A stretch of DNA of 64,000 bases, taken from an uncultured Thermoplasmata archaeon. GTDB taxonomy: Archaea > Thermoplasmatota > Thermoplasmata > UBA10834. The translations under genes and the position numbers were made by a program. Shown here piece by piece: positions 36,094-46,029 of the stretch. How positions within the stretch are numbered: the stretch's first letter is position 1; each line of letters begins with the position of its first letter. Under the pieces are notes generated by a model, which had not been told where the DNA came from, did not search any database, and saw only the letters and a list, made by a program, of their open reading frames with translations. The DNA lies in the NCBI GenBank assembly GCA_963705355.1, contig OY970070.1, positions 1,906,960-1,970,959 on the forward strand, written 5' to 3'.

Positions 36094-37191
36094 TTGCCAG
36101 AAAGTGGCACCAGGAAGATGATCCTGCCGGCGAAGTACGTCCAGGGCCCGGGCGTGCTCAACCAGTTGGGCGCGCACGTCAAGCAGTACGGAGAGAGGCC
36201 GTTCGTCGTGAGCGGCCGGACGAGCTTCTCGAAGGTCAAGGCCCGAGTGCAGGCTAGCCTTTTGTCGGCGGGGATTCCGTTGGTCGGCTTCGACGATGGC
36301 GTCTCAGAATGCACTCGCGCCAAGATCAACGAGGTCTCGGAAAAGGCCCAGGAGCTTGATGCGGACGTCGTCATCGGCTGCGGTGGCGGGAAGGCCGTCG
36401 ATACCGCGAAGGCTGTCGCGGAGAAGCTCCACGTTCCTTCGATATCGGTTCCAACTCAATGCGCGACCAACGCGGACGGGATGGCAGATGCTGTGATCTT
36501 CACGGAGGATCACAACTTCCTTGAGGACTTCTACCTGAGCAGAGCTCCTGTCCTCGTGCTCGTCGATACTGAGGTGGTGGGGAGAGCGCCTCCTCAGTAC
36601 ATCGTTCAGGGCATGGGGGACGCGCTGGCATGCGCCTTCGAGAAGCCGGCCTACGCCGAGTCTCAGAGAGCGAAGAGGGCGAGCGATCAGGCGACGACCG
36701 CCGCTCTTGAGGTCAACCTCAGTTGTTTTCAGACGCTGATGGCCCACGGACTGCAGGCCAAGAAGGATGTCGAATCCGGCAAGATCACCGAAGCTGTCGA
36801 AGCAGTGGTCGAGGCCATCAAGCTCAAGAGCGGATTCGGATTCGGAGGCGGAGGCTGCGCTGCTGCTCATGCTGTCCACAACGGTCTAACGGTAGTGCCT
36901 GGAATCGCCAGGAAGCACGGCGAGATCGTGGCCTTCGGCACCCTTGTCCAGATGATCCTGGAGAGGCGCCCGTTGGGCGAGATAGAGAGAGTCATGCGGT
37001 GGTGCAAATCAATAGGCCTCCCCGTACGACTTCAGGACCTCGGAAAGCTCGACAGGAGTCACTTGTCGCTTGCGGCTGAGAAGGCGTGCGATCCGAAGGA
37101 TTCGATGGCTAGCATGCCATTCCTCGTGACGCCCAAGATGGTCCTCGACGCGATCGACGAAATCGATAGGTTGGGAAATGCACTGTCATAG
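36094..37191 (+). CDS. gldA: glycerol dehydrogenase (iron-containing ADH family, GldA-type)
   Basis: Near-identical blocks to GldA: GCGGGKAVDTAKAVA, EAVVEAIKLKSGFGFGGGGCAAAHAVHNGLT, GEIVAFGTLVQMILE. Confidence 0.85.
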   Translation: MPESGTRKMILPAKYVQGPGVLNQLGAHVKQYGERPFVVSGRTSFSKVKARVQASLLSAGIPLVGFDDGVSECTRAKINEVSEKAQELDADVVIGCGGGKAVDTAKAVAEKLHVPSISVPTQCATNADGMADAVIFTEDHNFLEDFYLSRAPVLVLVDTEVVGRAPPQYIVQGMGDALACAFEKPAYAESQRAKRASDQATTAALEVNLSCFQTLMAHGLQAKKDVESGKITEAVEAVVEAIKLKSGFGFGGGGCAAAHAVHNGLTVVPGIARKHGEIVAFGTLVQMILERRPLGEIERVMRWCKSIGLPVRLQDLGKLDRSHLSLAAEKACDPKDSMASMPFLVTPKMVLDAIDEIDRLGNALS

Positions 37192-37320
37192 GCCCGGGCC
37201 GATGTCCAGGGTCAGGTTGCTGGCCGATGTTAGATAAGCCTATATATGGCCATCACGATTCTTGAGTGAAGTCGTCTTCGGACGGCGTAAGAAGGGATGA
37301 GTTAGAGGAGGCATTCGAAA

Positions 37321-37956
37321 ATGAACAGTCCAATGGGCACGATTTTCGCTCACGGAACCACACCACCGTGGCTTCCGCGAGAGGTTGCTGAAGGCCGCAA
37401 GTTTGCATGGTGGGCACAGATAATGTTCTTCTTGATGGCAGCTGTATGGTTCATCTTGGCCATTGCATCCATCACAATCTACGTCGCCGACGGCGGTCGC
37501 GGTGTGCTCATCGTTGGTGTCTTCGGGTTCTTCGGTATGCTCATCTGCTTCCTGGCTGGCGTGTTCATGAAGAAGACGGTCATCGACGCGATAGACCAGG
37601 GCAGGTTCCATGACGCGAAGAACGACAGCCTCGTTTGGATCATATTCGGGCTTGTCGGATTCGTCATACCCGCGCTCTTCCTGATACTCACATACGCGAA
37701 GCTCGGGGACGCCCTGGCAACGCAGGCGCCTGTAGGCTACCAGCCATATTCGCCTGGGACTGTGGCAGTCCAGCAGCCGGCTCCTTACGCTCCGCCGCCT
37801 GCGCCGATCCAGTCGCCTGCACCGGTCCAGCCAGCCGCGCAGGGCCCACCGCAGTACCATGCGCACCAGACCCCGATGGTCAGGTGCAAGAACTGCAATG
37901 TGCAGTACCCTGTGTTCATGCACTCCTGTCCGAACTGTGGCGCGCCAAAAGAGTAA
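37321..37956 (+). CDS. membrane protein with Pro-rich linker and C-terminal zinc ribbon
   Basis: 3-4 TM helices, a P/A/Q-rich segment, then CKNCNVQYPVFMHSCPNCGAP. Confidence 0.5.
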   Translation: MNSPMGTIFAHGTTPPWLPREVAEGRKFAWWAQIMFFLMAAVWFILAIASITIYVADGGRGVLIVGVFGFFGMLICFLAGVFMKKTVIDAIDQGRFHDAKNDSLVWIIFGLVGFVIPALFLILTYAKLGDALATQAPVGYQPYSPGTVAVQQPAPYAPPPAPIQSPAPVQPAAQGPPQYHAHQTPMVRCKNCNVQYPVFMHSCPNCGAPKE

Positions 37957-38006
37957 AACTATTTCCCTTTCCATCCTTTTCTGCTTTTCACGGGTTAGTG
38001 TGAATC

Positions 38007-38726
38007 ATGACCGATATGCTCTACATGAAGGATGTGGAATCGAACTACATCAAGGAGTTCGATGCCAAGGTCATCGAACGCGGCTTCGACTATGTGGTTC
38101 TTGATCGCACTGCATTCTATCCCCTCGGCGGCGGCCAACCTTCGGATACTGGTCAGCTTGTATGGCTAGGCGGGAAGGCCGAGGTCAAAGAGGTCACCAA
38201 GAAGGAAGGCGTTAGGCATCATCTCGTTCAGAACCCAGACTTGGTTCCAGAGGCTGTTCACGGAGTGCTCAACTGGGAGCGGAGGTACGCGCACATGAGG
38301 ATGCACACGGCGCAGCACATTCTCTCCGGAGTCGTGTACGATCTATACAAGGCCCGGACTGTCGGGAACCAGCTCTACCACGATCGCTCTCGGATCGACT
38401 TCGCTCCCGTGAAGTTCACGGACGAGATGGTCGCCGAGGTCGAGAGACGCACGAACGAGATCTTGGCTACGGGAGCCAAGGTTGAGATATGCACCGAGTC
38501 TCGGACCGAGATCGAGAAGAACGTCGACGTCCAGAGGGCCAACCTGGACCTTCTTCCGAAGTCCGTTCAGGAGCTGAGAGTGGTCAAGGTGGAGCAGTAC
38601 GATGTATGTCCTTGCGCCGGAACTCATGTCCGTTCCCTCTCCGAGGTCGGCAGCATGAAGGTGACGAAGCGGGAGAACAAGGGCAAGGACCGGGAACGCA
38701 TCACCTACGAGCTCGTCCGTCCCTAG
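38007..38726 (+). CDS. alaX: alanyl-tRNA editing protein AlaX-M (AlaRS editing-domain homolog)
   Basis: HxxxH zinc motif (HTAQHILSGVV) and CxxxH (CPCAGTHV). 239 aa. Confidence 0.85.
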   Translation: MTDMLYMKDVESNYIKEFDAKVIERGFDYVVLDRTAFYPLGGGQPSDTGQLVWLGGKAEVKEVTKKEGVRHHLVQNPDLVPEAVHGVLNWERRYAHMRMHTAQHILSGVVYDLYKARTVGNQLYHDRSRIDFAPVKFTDEMVAEVERRTNEILATGAKVEICTESRTEIEKNVDVQRANLDLLPKSVQELRVVKVEQYDVCPCAGTHVRSLSEVGSMKVTKRENKGKDRERITYELVRP

Positions 38727-38790
38727 GTTTCTGGGCAATCCAGCTAAACCCTTAAGTACACAGCCGTGAAATATTCGCCCCAGGGGTCAA

Positions 38791-39039
38791 ATGGTCGAAG
38801 TGCAAACCACAAACGAAGTATCAAGAATGTCGGTCTGGTTCAGCGCGGTCTTCGCCGTGATAGGCGTAGGGCTGCTCTATCTGGCTATCGCCATTTCCGG
38901 CGCGTCCGAGACAGTGAAGGTGCTTTGGGCGAGCGGTCTTTCGCTGACGGTGGCTTTCACGTTCCTGATCATATGGACAATGGCCAGGGATGCGATGAGG
39001 GTTCACGAGCGCGAATCCAGGCGAAGAATCGTTCCGTGA
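38791..39039 (+). CDS. small two-TM membrane protein
   Basis: 82 aa with two hydrophobic helices. Confidence 0.3.
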   Translation: MVEVQTTNEVSRMSVWFSAVFAVIGVGLLYLAIAISGASETVKVLWASGLSLTVAFTFLIIWTMARDAMRVHERESRRRIVP

Positions 39040-39052
39040 GCCTGTTCAAACC

Positions 39053-40207
39053 CTAACCTGCTTTCTTGTTCTGTCCATTGTTCTTCTCGATATCCTGAGC
39101 AGCGTCCAGCAGAAGCTCCATCAGATCGACGACTTTGGTTCCCGGAATCGTTCTGAGCTGAGTCTCGCAGAATGGGCACGAGGTCACGAGCGTCGTCGCG
39201 CCGGTCGACCTCGCCTCTGCGATCCTCTTGGATGCCAGGTCTTTCGAGAGTTTCGGGAATGCCGTCTGCAGACCAGCTCCTGCTCCACAGCACCTTGATT
39301 CGTACCTGTTGTTCGGCATCTCGACGAGAGTAGCAACTGAACTGACGATGACCCTTGGCTCCTCGAAAATGCCGCCCAGTCTTCCGAGGTGGCAGGGGTC
39401 ATGGTATGTCACCCGCTCGGTCGACTTCCTCACCTTGATCTTCCCATCTTTGACCAACTGCGCGATATCCTGTGCAGCATGCGTCACCTTGATGTTTGAT
39501 CCCGCCTTCTCAAGCGACTTCTTGAGCGTCGTGTAGCACCCAGGACATGTGGTGACGATCTTCTTCACGCCGAGTGATTCGAACTTCTTTATGTTCTCCT
39601 TCGAGAGCTCGTCGAACGCCTCTGTCTGCCCGACCCTTTGCAACGTGGAGCCGCAACACGGTTCGTCTTGTCCCATCGTCGCGAACTTCAGTCCCGCCTT
39701 CTGAAGAAGCTTCGCGCTCGCCACCAGGCTGCGGTTCAGCGGCTTTGTGACCGCGGAAGTGCATCCTGCGAAGAATAGCACTTCATGAGACCCAGGCGTG
39801 GCCTTTGGGATATTCAGCCCCTTCGACCATCTGTTTCTCGCGCTCCTCGGCTGGAACCACGGGTTGCCGTAGTTCTTGAGGCTCAGCGCGAGCGATGAGT
39901 GCTCCTTCATCGGCTCCACGCCGTGCTTGAGGAGGTATTCCCTGAATGCCTGCGTGTGCTCGGTGTTCTTGAGGGAGCACCACCTGTCGCAGTTTCCGCA
40001 GAGCGTGCACTCGAACGCTGCTTGGACGACCGCAGGCGTGATCTCGAACTTGCCCTGGAGGAGGCCGAGCATGGTTCTGTTCCTTCCCCTCATGCAAAGG
40101 GTCTTGACTTTGAGGTCCTGGTAGACTGGACAGCCCCTCTCGCAGAAACCGCAAGAGGTCCCGAAGCATGTCTCGAGCTCTTCCTTGAACTCCTCTAGGC
40201 CACTCAT
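39053..40207 (-). CDS. HdrD/GlcF-like Fe-S oxidoreductase (2x[4Fe-4S] plus two CCG domains)
   Basis: CxxCxxCxxxCP motifs near the N-terminus. Two CCG motifs (PCCGST, RCCGAGAG). 4-nt overlap (ATGA) with the upstream GlcD-like gene. Confidence 0.8.
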   Translation of the reverse strand: MSGLEEFKEELETCFGTSCGFCERGCPVYQDLKVKTLCMRGRNRTMLGLLQGKFEITPAVVQAAFECTLCGNCDRWCSLKNTEHTQAFREYLLKHGVEPMKEHSSLALSLKNYGNPWFQPRSARNRWSKGLNIPKATPGSHEVLFFAGCTSAVTKPLNRSLVASAKLLQKAGLKFATMGQDEPCCGSTLQRVGQTEAFDELSKENIKKFESLGVKKIVTTCPGCYTTLKKSLEKAGSNIKVTHAAQDIAQLVKDGKIKVRKSTERVTYHDPCHLGRLGGIFEEPRVIVSSVATLVEMPNNRYESRCCGAGAGLQTAFPKLSKDLASKRIAEARSTGATTLVTSCPFCETQLRTIPGTKVVDLMELLLDAAQDIEKNNGQNKKAG

Positions 40208-41649
40208 TTTCGGCCGCCTTCTCTGAGGAATTTCTTGCCTGGATTGAGGATGCCCTTCGGGTCGAAGATTCTCTTCACCTCTCTCATGTACCTGAGAGAC
40301 GCCCCGTGCTCCAACTCGAGGTACGGGGCCTTCTGGTAGGTGTCGCTCATGAATGTGCTCATGGTCCCTTCGAACGCGACGGCCAACTTGCTGAGCTCAT
40401 CGTGGAACTCCCTGAATCTCCCCACCTCCTCAGCGCTTCTGTAGTCCACGAAAACGGCGCACGAAAGGGAGAAGCCGATGCTATTTGGATGCTCGAGATA
40501 CGCATTCATGCCGATGATCTCGAGTTTGTGTTTCTCGGCGATCTCGACGAACTTATGATAGAACTCCTCGAGCCTCCCCACTGGCACGCCTGGATCCGCA
40601 GCTCCGAACTTCTTCTGCTTCTGGGAGTCCGGCCATTTCTGTTTGAAGGGTTCGAAGTCGAGCGTGTACTTGGAAGCCCACCACGCCTCAACGATCTCAC
40701 GTTCTTCGACCAATTGCCCTTCGAAGTCCTTCGCGATCCTGAGCGCATAGCTTCTCTGCATATCCACAACTTCGGAATCGCCTGCGAATGCGATTGCCAG
40801 AAGAGCCTCCGCCCACGCCGGAATCTCCGGGTCTTTTCCGTACTTCTGCCTGTAGCTGTGTGTGTAGAACTTCAGTCTCCTCTTGCAGTTGATGTGAGCA
40901 GCCTCTATGCACAGGCCGGCCTTCAACAGCCTGCTCAGATAATCCACAGCCGCTCCCATTCTTGGAAAGACAAGCATGTCCACCTTGCGTGATGCGGGGA
41001 TCGGCTCGAGCTTGAGCGTAGCTTCGGTGATGACGCCAAGAGTGCCCTCGCTTCCGGCTAGAAGGTCTTTGAGCTTGTACCCGGACGATGTGAAGTGGGC
41101 CTTCCTGTGGCCCAGCTCTAGGACCTCGCCTGTCCCTGTGACTATCTCCGCGCTCAGAAGGCAGTTGAGTATCTTACCGTACCTGACGCCGAATGTGGAA
41201 TCGTTGTCGCAGGCTATCGCCGAGCCGACCGTGCTGACCCATTTCGACTCGGGTTGGTGTGGAAGCCACAGGTCGTATGGCTGGATGGCGTCATTGACTT
41301 CCTGGAGGGTCGCCCCGGCCTGGACTCTCACAGTCTGGTTCTTAGCGTCGATCTCGATGACTGAGTTCAGCGTCGTGGTATCGATGTATATGCCTCCGTA
41401 GATTGGCACAGCGCCGCCCAGCATTCCAGTGAGCCCGCCCCCTGCGGTCACCGGGATCTCATGGGCATATGCGATCTTGACTATCCTTTGAACATCTCTC
41501 GTAGTCCTCGGCAGAACGACGACATCTGGCGGGACGAATTCGTCGGGAGTCCTGGGGCTCCAGTCAGCGCCATAAACGAACTTCTCCGAAGGGTCCGTGA
41601 GGACTTTCTCCTTCCCCAGAGCCGTTACGAGCTCGTCGATGTAGGACAT
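40204..41649 (-). CDS. FAD-linked oxidase GlcD/D-lactate dehydrogenase-like subunit
   Basis: Starts at internal Met (MSYIDELVTALGKEKVL...) of the 916-aa ORF. FAD_binding_4 blocks (VLPRTTRDVQRIVKIAYAHEIPVTAGGGLTGMLGGAVP, GSEGTLGVITEATLKL). The ORF's upstream 435 codons are low-complexity and antisense to the HD-domain gene. Confidence 0.8.
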   Translation of the reverse strand: MSYIDELVTALGKEKVLTDPSEKFVYGADWSPRTPDEFVPPDVVVLPRTTRDVQRIVKIAYAHEIPVTAGGGLTGMLGGAVPIYGGIYIDTTTLNSVIEIDAKNQTVRVQAGATLQEVNDAIQPYDLWLPHQPESKWVSTVGSAIACDNDSTFGVRYGKILNCLLSAEIVTGTGEVLELGHRKAHFTSSGYKLKDLLAGSEGTLGVITEATLKLEPIPASRKVDMLVFPRMGAAVDYLSRLLKAGLCIEAAHINCKRRLKFYTHSYRQKYGKDPEIPAWAEALLAIAFAGDSEVVDMQRSYALRIAKDFEGQLVEEREIVEAWWASKYTLDFEPFKQKWPDSQKQKKFGAADPGVPVGRLEEFYHKFVEIAEKHKLEIIGMNAYLEHPNSIGFSLSCAVFVDYRSAEEVGRFREFHDELSKLAVAFEGTMSTFMSDTYQKAPYLELEHGASLRYMREVKRIFDPKGILNPGKKFLREGGRK

Positions 41650-41793
41650 ATCCGCTTGCTTGTCAGCGGAGTGCCCATACAAAAGCTTGATTGATGTACA
41701 GTACTGTGCTTTCGATTCCGCAATTCTGAACGGGCAAGGATTCAATACCCTACCTCCGCATTCGAGGCATCGGGAAAAAGCTGGTGCGATGCT

Positions 41794-42690
41794 ATGTCTG
41801 AACAGGATTTGGGAAGCGGCTTGCTGTACGGCCTGAAGATGCCTTCTTCCTATACCGCGCTGGAAGAGAAATCGATCAAGACGATCAACGAGGGTCTCGA
41901 GAGGCATCCTAACGCGCTCAGGGTGTTCAATATGCTCCAGAGCGACGAGGAAACGAACACATATCTGAGCCTCGCGAACTACATAGCCGTTCGGAAGCTG
42001 GGCTACAACGACCATGGCCCGCTCCACGCTCGGATCGTCACCGCAAACGGCGTCAGGCTGCTCAGGATCATTTTGGACAGCAAGCAACTGCAGGTCGATT
42101 CGATCAGCGGCCTGGGGATGTCGGAGGATGACGCCTATGTCATCATTGTTGCTGGCTGCATGTTGCACGACATCGGAAATGCGGTTCACCGGGAGGAGCA
42201 CGAGATCTTCAGTGTCATTCTCGCGAAGGGGATTCTCGAGAGGCTGCTCCCTGCGATATATCCGGACCTGCCAAAGAGAACTGCCGTGATAGAGCAGATT
42301 CTCCATGCGCTCTATGCTCACGATGTCGGCGAGAATGCGCTCACAATCGAGAGTGCGATCGTTGTCATCGCAGACGGGTGCGACATAACGAAAGGCAGAG
42401 GTAGGTTGTCTTTCGACCTGGGCAAACACGATATCCACTCTATCTCTGCTCTTTCGATCGAGTCTGTAGACATCCACAAGGGCAAGACGAAGTTGGTCGA
42501 GATAGAGGTCAACATGTCCAACTCGGCTGGGATTTACCAAGTCCAGGAGACTCTTGCGAACAAGGTCGCGAAGAGCGTCCTGAGAGACTATGTCGAGATC
42601 GTTGCGGAACTCACTCCGTCGAAGACGCCGCCTGAACTCAGGATCCTGGACAGAATTGTCTTCTCTGACGGCAAGTACAAGAACGTCTAG
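41794..42690 (+). CDS. HD-domain metal-dependent phosphohydrolase
   Basis: GPLHARIV... then CMLHDIGNAVHREEHE (HD motif). Confidence 0.7.
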   Translation: MSEQDLGSGLLYGLKMPSSYTALEEKSIKTINEGLERHPNALRVFNMLQSDEETNTYLSLANYIAVRKLGYNDHGPLHARIVTANGVRLLRIILDSKQLQVDSISGLGMSEDDAYVIIVAGCMLHDIGNAVHREEHEIFSVILAKGILERLLPAIYPDLPKRTAVIEQILHALYAHDVGENALTIESAIVVIADGCDITKGRGRLSFDLGKHDIHSISALSIESVDIHKGKTKLVEIEVNMSNSAGIYQVQETLANKVAKSVLRDYVEIVAELTPSKTPPELRILDRIVFSDGKYKNV

Positions 42691-43547
42691 AGCGAGAAGA
42701 GCGGTACTGAGATGAAGAGCATCGCAAGCGCGATGATCTGTCTCAGGTTCAGCTGTTCTCTCAATCTCACCTTGGCAGCAGCGATCGTGACCAGAGGATA
42801 TAGGTTCGTTATCGGAGACACGATAGAGACATTGCCGTTCTGGATTGCAAGGTACAGCGTGATGCCGCCGCCAGCGAGGCACAGAAAGGAGAGTTCGAGC
42901 AACCATACATTCGATTTTGGCCTCTCGAACTTCGCCTTTTCGCGGGCGAGCCAATAGGCGACCCAGATCGATGGACAGACGAGGGCATAGACTCCGATGA
43001 AGTTGGTATCACCGATGTCGGATATCACGCCCTTGGCCATCGCGGCAGATGTCCCCCAGAAGAAGAGCGAGGCAATTGCAAACGCGATCCCCAATAGTTC
43101 GGTCTTCTTCTTGTCATTGCTCCCGTTCCCAGTGGCGTATGTGAATACCAGCATGCTGGTGACGACGAGAACGACGCCGGCTCCCTCACTGAGGCTCATG
43201 GTCTCCCCAAGGAATACAAGCGCAAGCAGGACTGTCCAGGGCGCATAGGCCCCGGCGATCGTACCGACGATGCTGACCTTCCCATGCTTGAGCGATTCAT
43301 AGTATGTCACAAATGCCGCTCCAGAGAGCGCAGCAGCTCCAGCCGCCCGAAGCCATGTTTCAGCAGGGAATGATCCGGGCTCTCTGAACAGAAGCCAATA
43401 GGCGAGCCAGATCACGAAGATGTTGCCACCCAGCAGCAGCAGGATATTGGCCGATGAGACGTTGGTCCTTGTCTCCTTGGCAAGCACCTGGCCAAAGCCA
43501 TACATGATTATAGTTGCGATTGAAAAGGGCAGCCAGAGGAGCTCCAT
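42687..43547 (-). CDS. EamA/DMT-family transporter
   Basis: 10 TM helices in two EamA-like halves. 286 aa. Confidence 0.7.
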   Translation of the reverse strand: MELLWLPFSIATIIMYGFGQVLAKETRTNVSSANILLLLGGNIFVIWLAYWLLFREPGSFPAETWLRAAGAAALSGAAFVTYYESLKHGKVSIVGTIAGAYAPWTVLLALVFLGETMSLSEGAGVVLVVTSMLVFTYATGNGSNDKKKTELLGIAFAIASLFFWGTSAAMAKGVISDIGDTNFIGVYALVCPSIWVAYWLAREKAKFERPKSNVWLLELSFLCLAGGGITLYLAIQNGNVSIVSPITNLYPLVTIAAAKVRLREQLNLRQIIALAMLFISVPLFSL

Positions 43548-43587
43548 GATGCGCTCGCATGTGCAAGGCCTAGATATATCTTTTCAG

Positions 43588-43863
43588 TCATGTGAGTTCT
43601 TTGGCTCTTGCATTCTTCTCGAAGAGGGTCCTCCCTCTGTAGTCTATTCTTAGGATGCGGTGATACGGAATAGTCGCTTCATCCGTTTCGAAGAAGGCTC
43701 TTCCGAGCGAATTGATGTTGGCTCCCGTGATCTTCTTCGCATCCCCTGGTGCGCCTCTGTGGATATACCAGATCACCGCTTCTTCCAGGGACGCGCCCTC
43801 AGTCCAACGGAGCCGGTTGAGCACGTCTCTCGGGTAGACCATCGTGGAAGTGAGGTGCGACAA
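43588..43863 (-). CDS. DUF504/UPF0248-like small protein
   Basis: 91 aa with RDVLNRLRW...IPYHRILRI, resembling the archaeal UPF0248 family. Confidence 0.45.
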   Translation of the reverse strand: MSHLTSTMVYPRDVLNRLRWTEGASLEEAVIWYIHRGAPGDAKKITGANINSLGRAFFETDEATIPYHRILRIDYRGRTLFEKNARAKELT

Positions 43864-43938
43864 GAAGATATCATGATTTCGACGCGAGAGCGAAGTGAAA
43901 TGAAAATAAAATTGAAGGAAAGAGATTTCTCGATCGCC

Positions 43939-45135
43939 CTAGAGCTGCTTCAACTTCTCTTCGATCTTGTTAGCCAAGTCCGCAACTTTGTCGAACTCGG
44001 CTTGCTTTGGCGGACCCTTGACTTCGACTACTCCGAGCACTTCCAGCTTCGAGCCCTCAAGCAATGCCTGGATCTGCTTCACGGCGCCGCCAGACCATCC
44101 GAACGAGGTGAGGACGGCACCGTACTTCGTGGGCGCCCTCAATGTCTTCACTAACAGAGTCGCGTAGGCCGCGACTGGGTGAACGCCTCCCAGGACGGTT
44201 GGGCCTCCGACCACGACAACCGGGGTGTCAACCAATTCCTTGGCGACGTGCCCGATCTCTGTGTTTGTGAGGTCGAACACGTTGACCGAGATCCCCTTCT
44301 TGACAAGCGCCTCATTGAGTGCCTTCACCATCTTCTCGGTGCTGCCCCACATGCTCACGTAGGCAATCATCACTTTCTTTTCCATCTTCTCGGAGGTCCA
44401 CTTTATGTATTCGTCCAGTATGACCTTTGGATCCCTCCAGATGACTCCGTGCGAAGGGGCGATCATCTTCGGACCGAGCTTGTTGACCTTCTCTATTGCG
44501 TTCTGGCCGGGCTTCCTGAACGGCATCATGATCTCGGCGAAGTACAGCTTCGCCATGTCCAGCGATTCCGCATCCCCGTACTCGTCTGCGAAGAACGCTC
44601 CGACTGCGAGGTGCGAGCCGAAGAAGTCACAGGGGAAGAGGATCTTGTCTTCCTCGAGATATGTGAATATCGTCTCCGGCCAGTGAAGCCACGGAGCATC
44701 GACAAACCTCAGGGTCTTCCCGCCCAGATCGATCCGCGAATTCTCATCCACAACCTCGATCCTGGCGGCATCGATGTCAAAGTACATCATCGCCGCCTCT
44801 TTTCCCTTCGCGCCCGCGACGAGCTTCGCGTTCTTCGCGATGCTCAGCATATGTTTCGCCGCATTCGCGTGGTCTGGCTCAGCGTGATTCATTATGACAT
44901 AGTCGATCTTGGTCGGATCCACATGCTGAGCGATCTTGTCGACGAGTTCCTGCTCGAAGCCAGGATTGACCGTGTCGATGAGGGCTATCTTGCTTTTTCC
45001 GACGATCAAATAGGCGTTGTAGCTCGTCCCGTGCGGTAGCGGGATCAATCCGTCGAAAAGCCTCCTGTTGTAGTGCTTGACCCCCACCCAATAGACGTCG
45101 GGGGCAATGGCTATTGTTCCCATTGTCTTGGCCAT
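43939..45135 (-). CDS. fprA: flavodiiron protein (FprA-type; metallo-beta-lactamase plus flavodoxin domains)
   Basis: MBL diiron motif NHAEPDHANAAKH. C-terminal flavodoxin domain (LVVGGPTVLGG...). Confidence 0.85.
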   Translation of the reverse strand: MAKTMGTIAIAPDVYWVGVKHYNRRLFDGLIPLPHGTSYNAYLIVGKSKIALIDTVNPGFEQELVDKIAQHVDPTKIDYVIMNHAEPDHANAAKHMLSIAKNAKLVAGAKGKEAAMMYFDIDAARIEVVDENSRIDLGGKTLRFVDAPWLHWPETIFTYLEEDKILFPCDFFGSHLAVGAFFADEYGDAESLDMAKLYFAEIMMPFRKPGQNAIEKVNKLGPKMIAPSHGVIWRDPKVILDEYIKWTSEKMEKKVMIAYVSMWGSTEKMVKALNEALVKKGISVNVFDLTNTEIGHVAKELVDTPVVVVGGPTVLGGVHPVAAYATLLVKTLRAPTKYGAVLTSFGWSGGAVKQIQALLEGSKLEVLGVVEVKGPPKQAEFDKVADLANKIEEKLKQL

Positions 45136-45372
45136 GATTTTAGCCTCCTGGGTCCGCGAATGTTTCAGGGGTTATTAGACTTGGCGACGTCTGCGTTTGA
45201 ATAGCATCTCAGCTGTCTGGAATTCCCTCTCGTCTTCCTTCGCTCATGAGGGCCCAACAATCGAGATGGTCAAGAAGGTTATTTATTCTGAAAGTAGTTG
45301 GCGAGGTCAGAGTGGAAGAGCCTTGGACGCGGCCATCTGCTGAAGGGCCTTCTCGCGCAAGGTGATAGCATC

Positions 45373-45903
45373 ATGGATCTGAAGACAAAGATCAGGTGGA
45401 TTCCTGAGCACAAGGGAGTTGTCTTCTGGGACATCACGCCGTTGCTGAAGGACAGGCACGCGTTCAGAGAATGCGTCAGAGGATTGGCCGATCACTACAG
45501 GGACGCGCGCATCGATGTCGTGGTCTCCAACGAGGCCAGAGGTTTCATCATCGGAGCACCTGTTGCCCATGAACTCGGCGTCGGGTTCGTGCCCATCAGG
45601 AAGAAAGGCAAACTGCCGCACAAGGTCGCGAGTCTGAGCTACATCAAGGAATATGAGTCAGACGTGATCGAAATTCACGAAGACGCGATAAAGCCCGGCG
45701 ACAGGGTTCTTCTCATAGACGACTTGTTGGCGACTGGAGGGACCATCAAAGCGAATGCCGACTTGGTGGAGAAGCTGGGCGGCAAGGTTGTGGGGATGGG
45801 CTTCCTCGTCGAGCTGGAGTACCTGCGCCCGAGAGAGTACTTGGGCGGGAAGTACGACGTCTTCTCTCTCATCAGCTGCAAGACGACCACCGAGCAGGGC
45901 TGA
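45373..45903 (+). CDS. apt: adenine phosphoribosyltransferase
   Basis: PRPP-binding motif VLLIDDLLATGGT. About 176 aa from Met26 of the ORF. Confidence 0.8.
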   Translation: MDLKTKIRWIPEHKGVVFWDITPLLKDRHAFRECVRGLADHYRDARIDVVVSNEARGFIIGAPVAHELGVGFVPIRKKGKLPHKVASLSYIKEYESDVIEIHEDAIKPGDRVLLIDDLLATGGTIKANADLVEKLGGKVVGMGFLVELEYLRPREYLGGKYDVFSLISCKTTTEQG

Positions 45904-46029
45904 GAGGTCTGCTTCCAGGGATCCAGCGACTCCGCTGTTCAACATGACTTCAAGTTTGTGGATGCTCCAAGTTCGTCCGAGCACAGCCGAGAAAGAAGGT
46001 TTAATATCTGGTCCGTGATTGCACAATCC

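Noticed and set aside
41650-42954. Upstream 435 codons of the 916-aa minus-strand ORF
   Set aside because: It is low-complexity and antisense to the well-supported HD-domain gene (41794-42690). The GlcD-like protein starts at the internal Met (41649).
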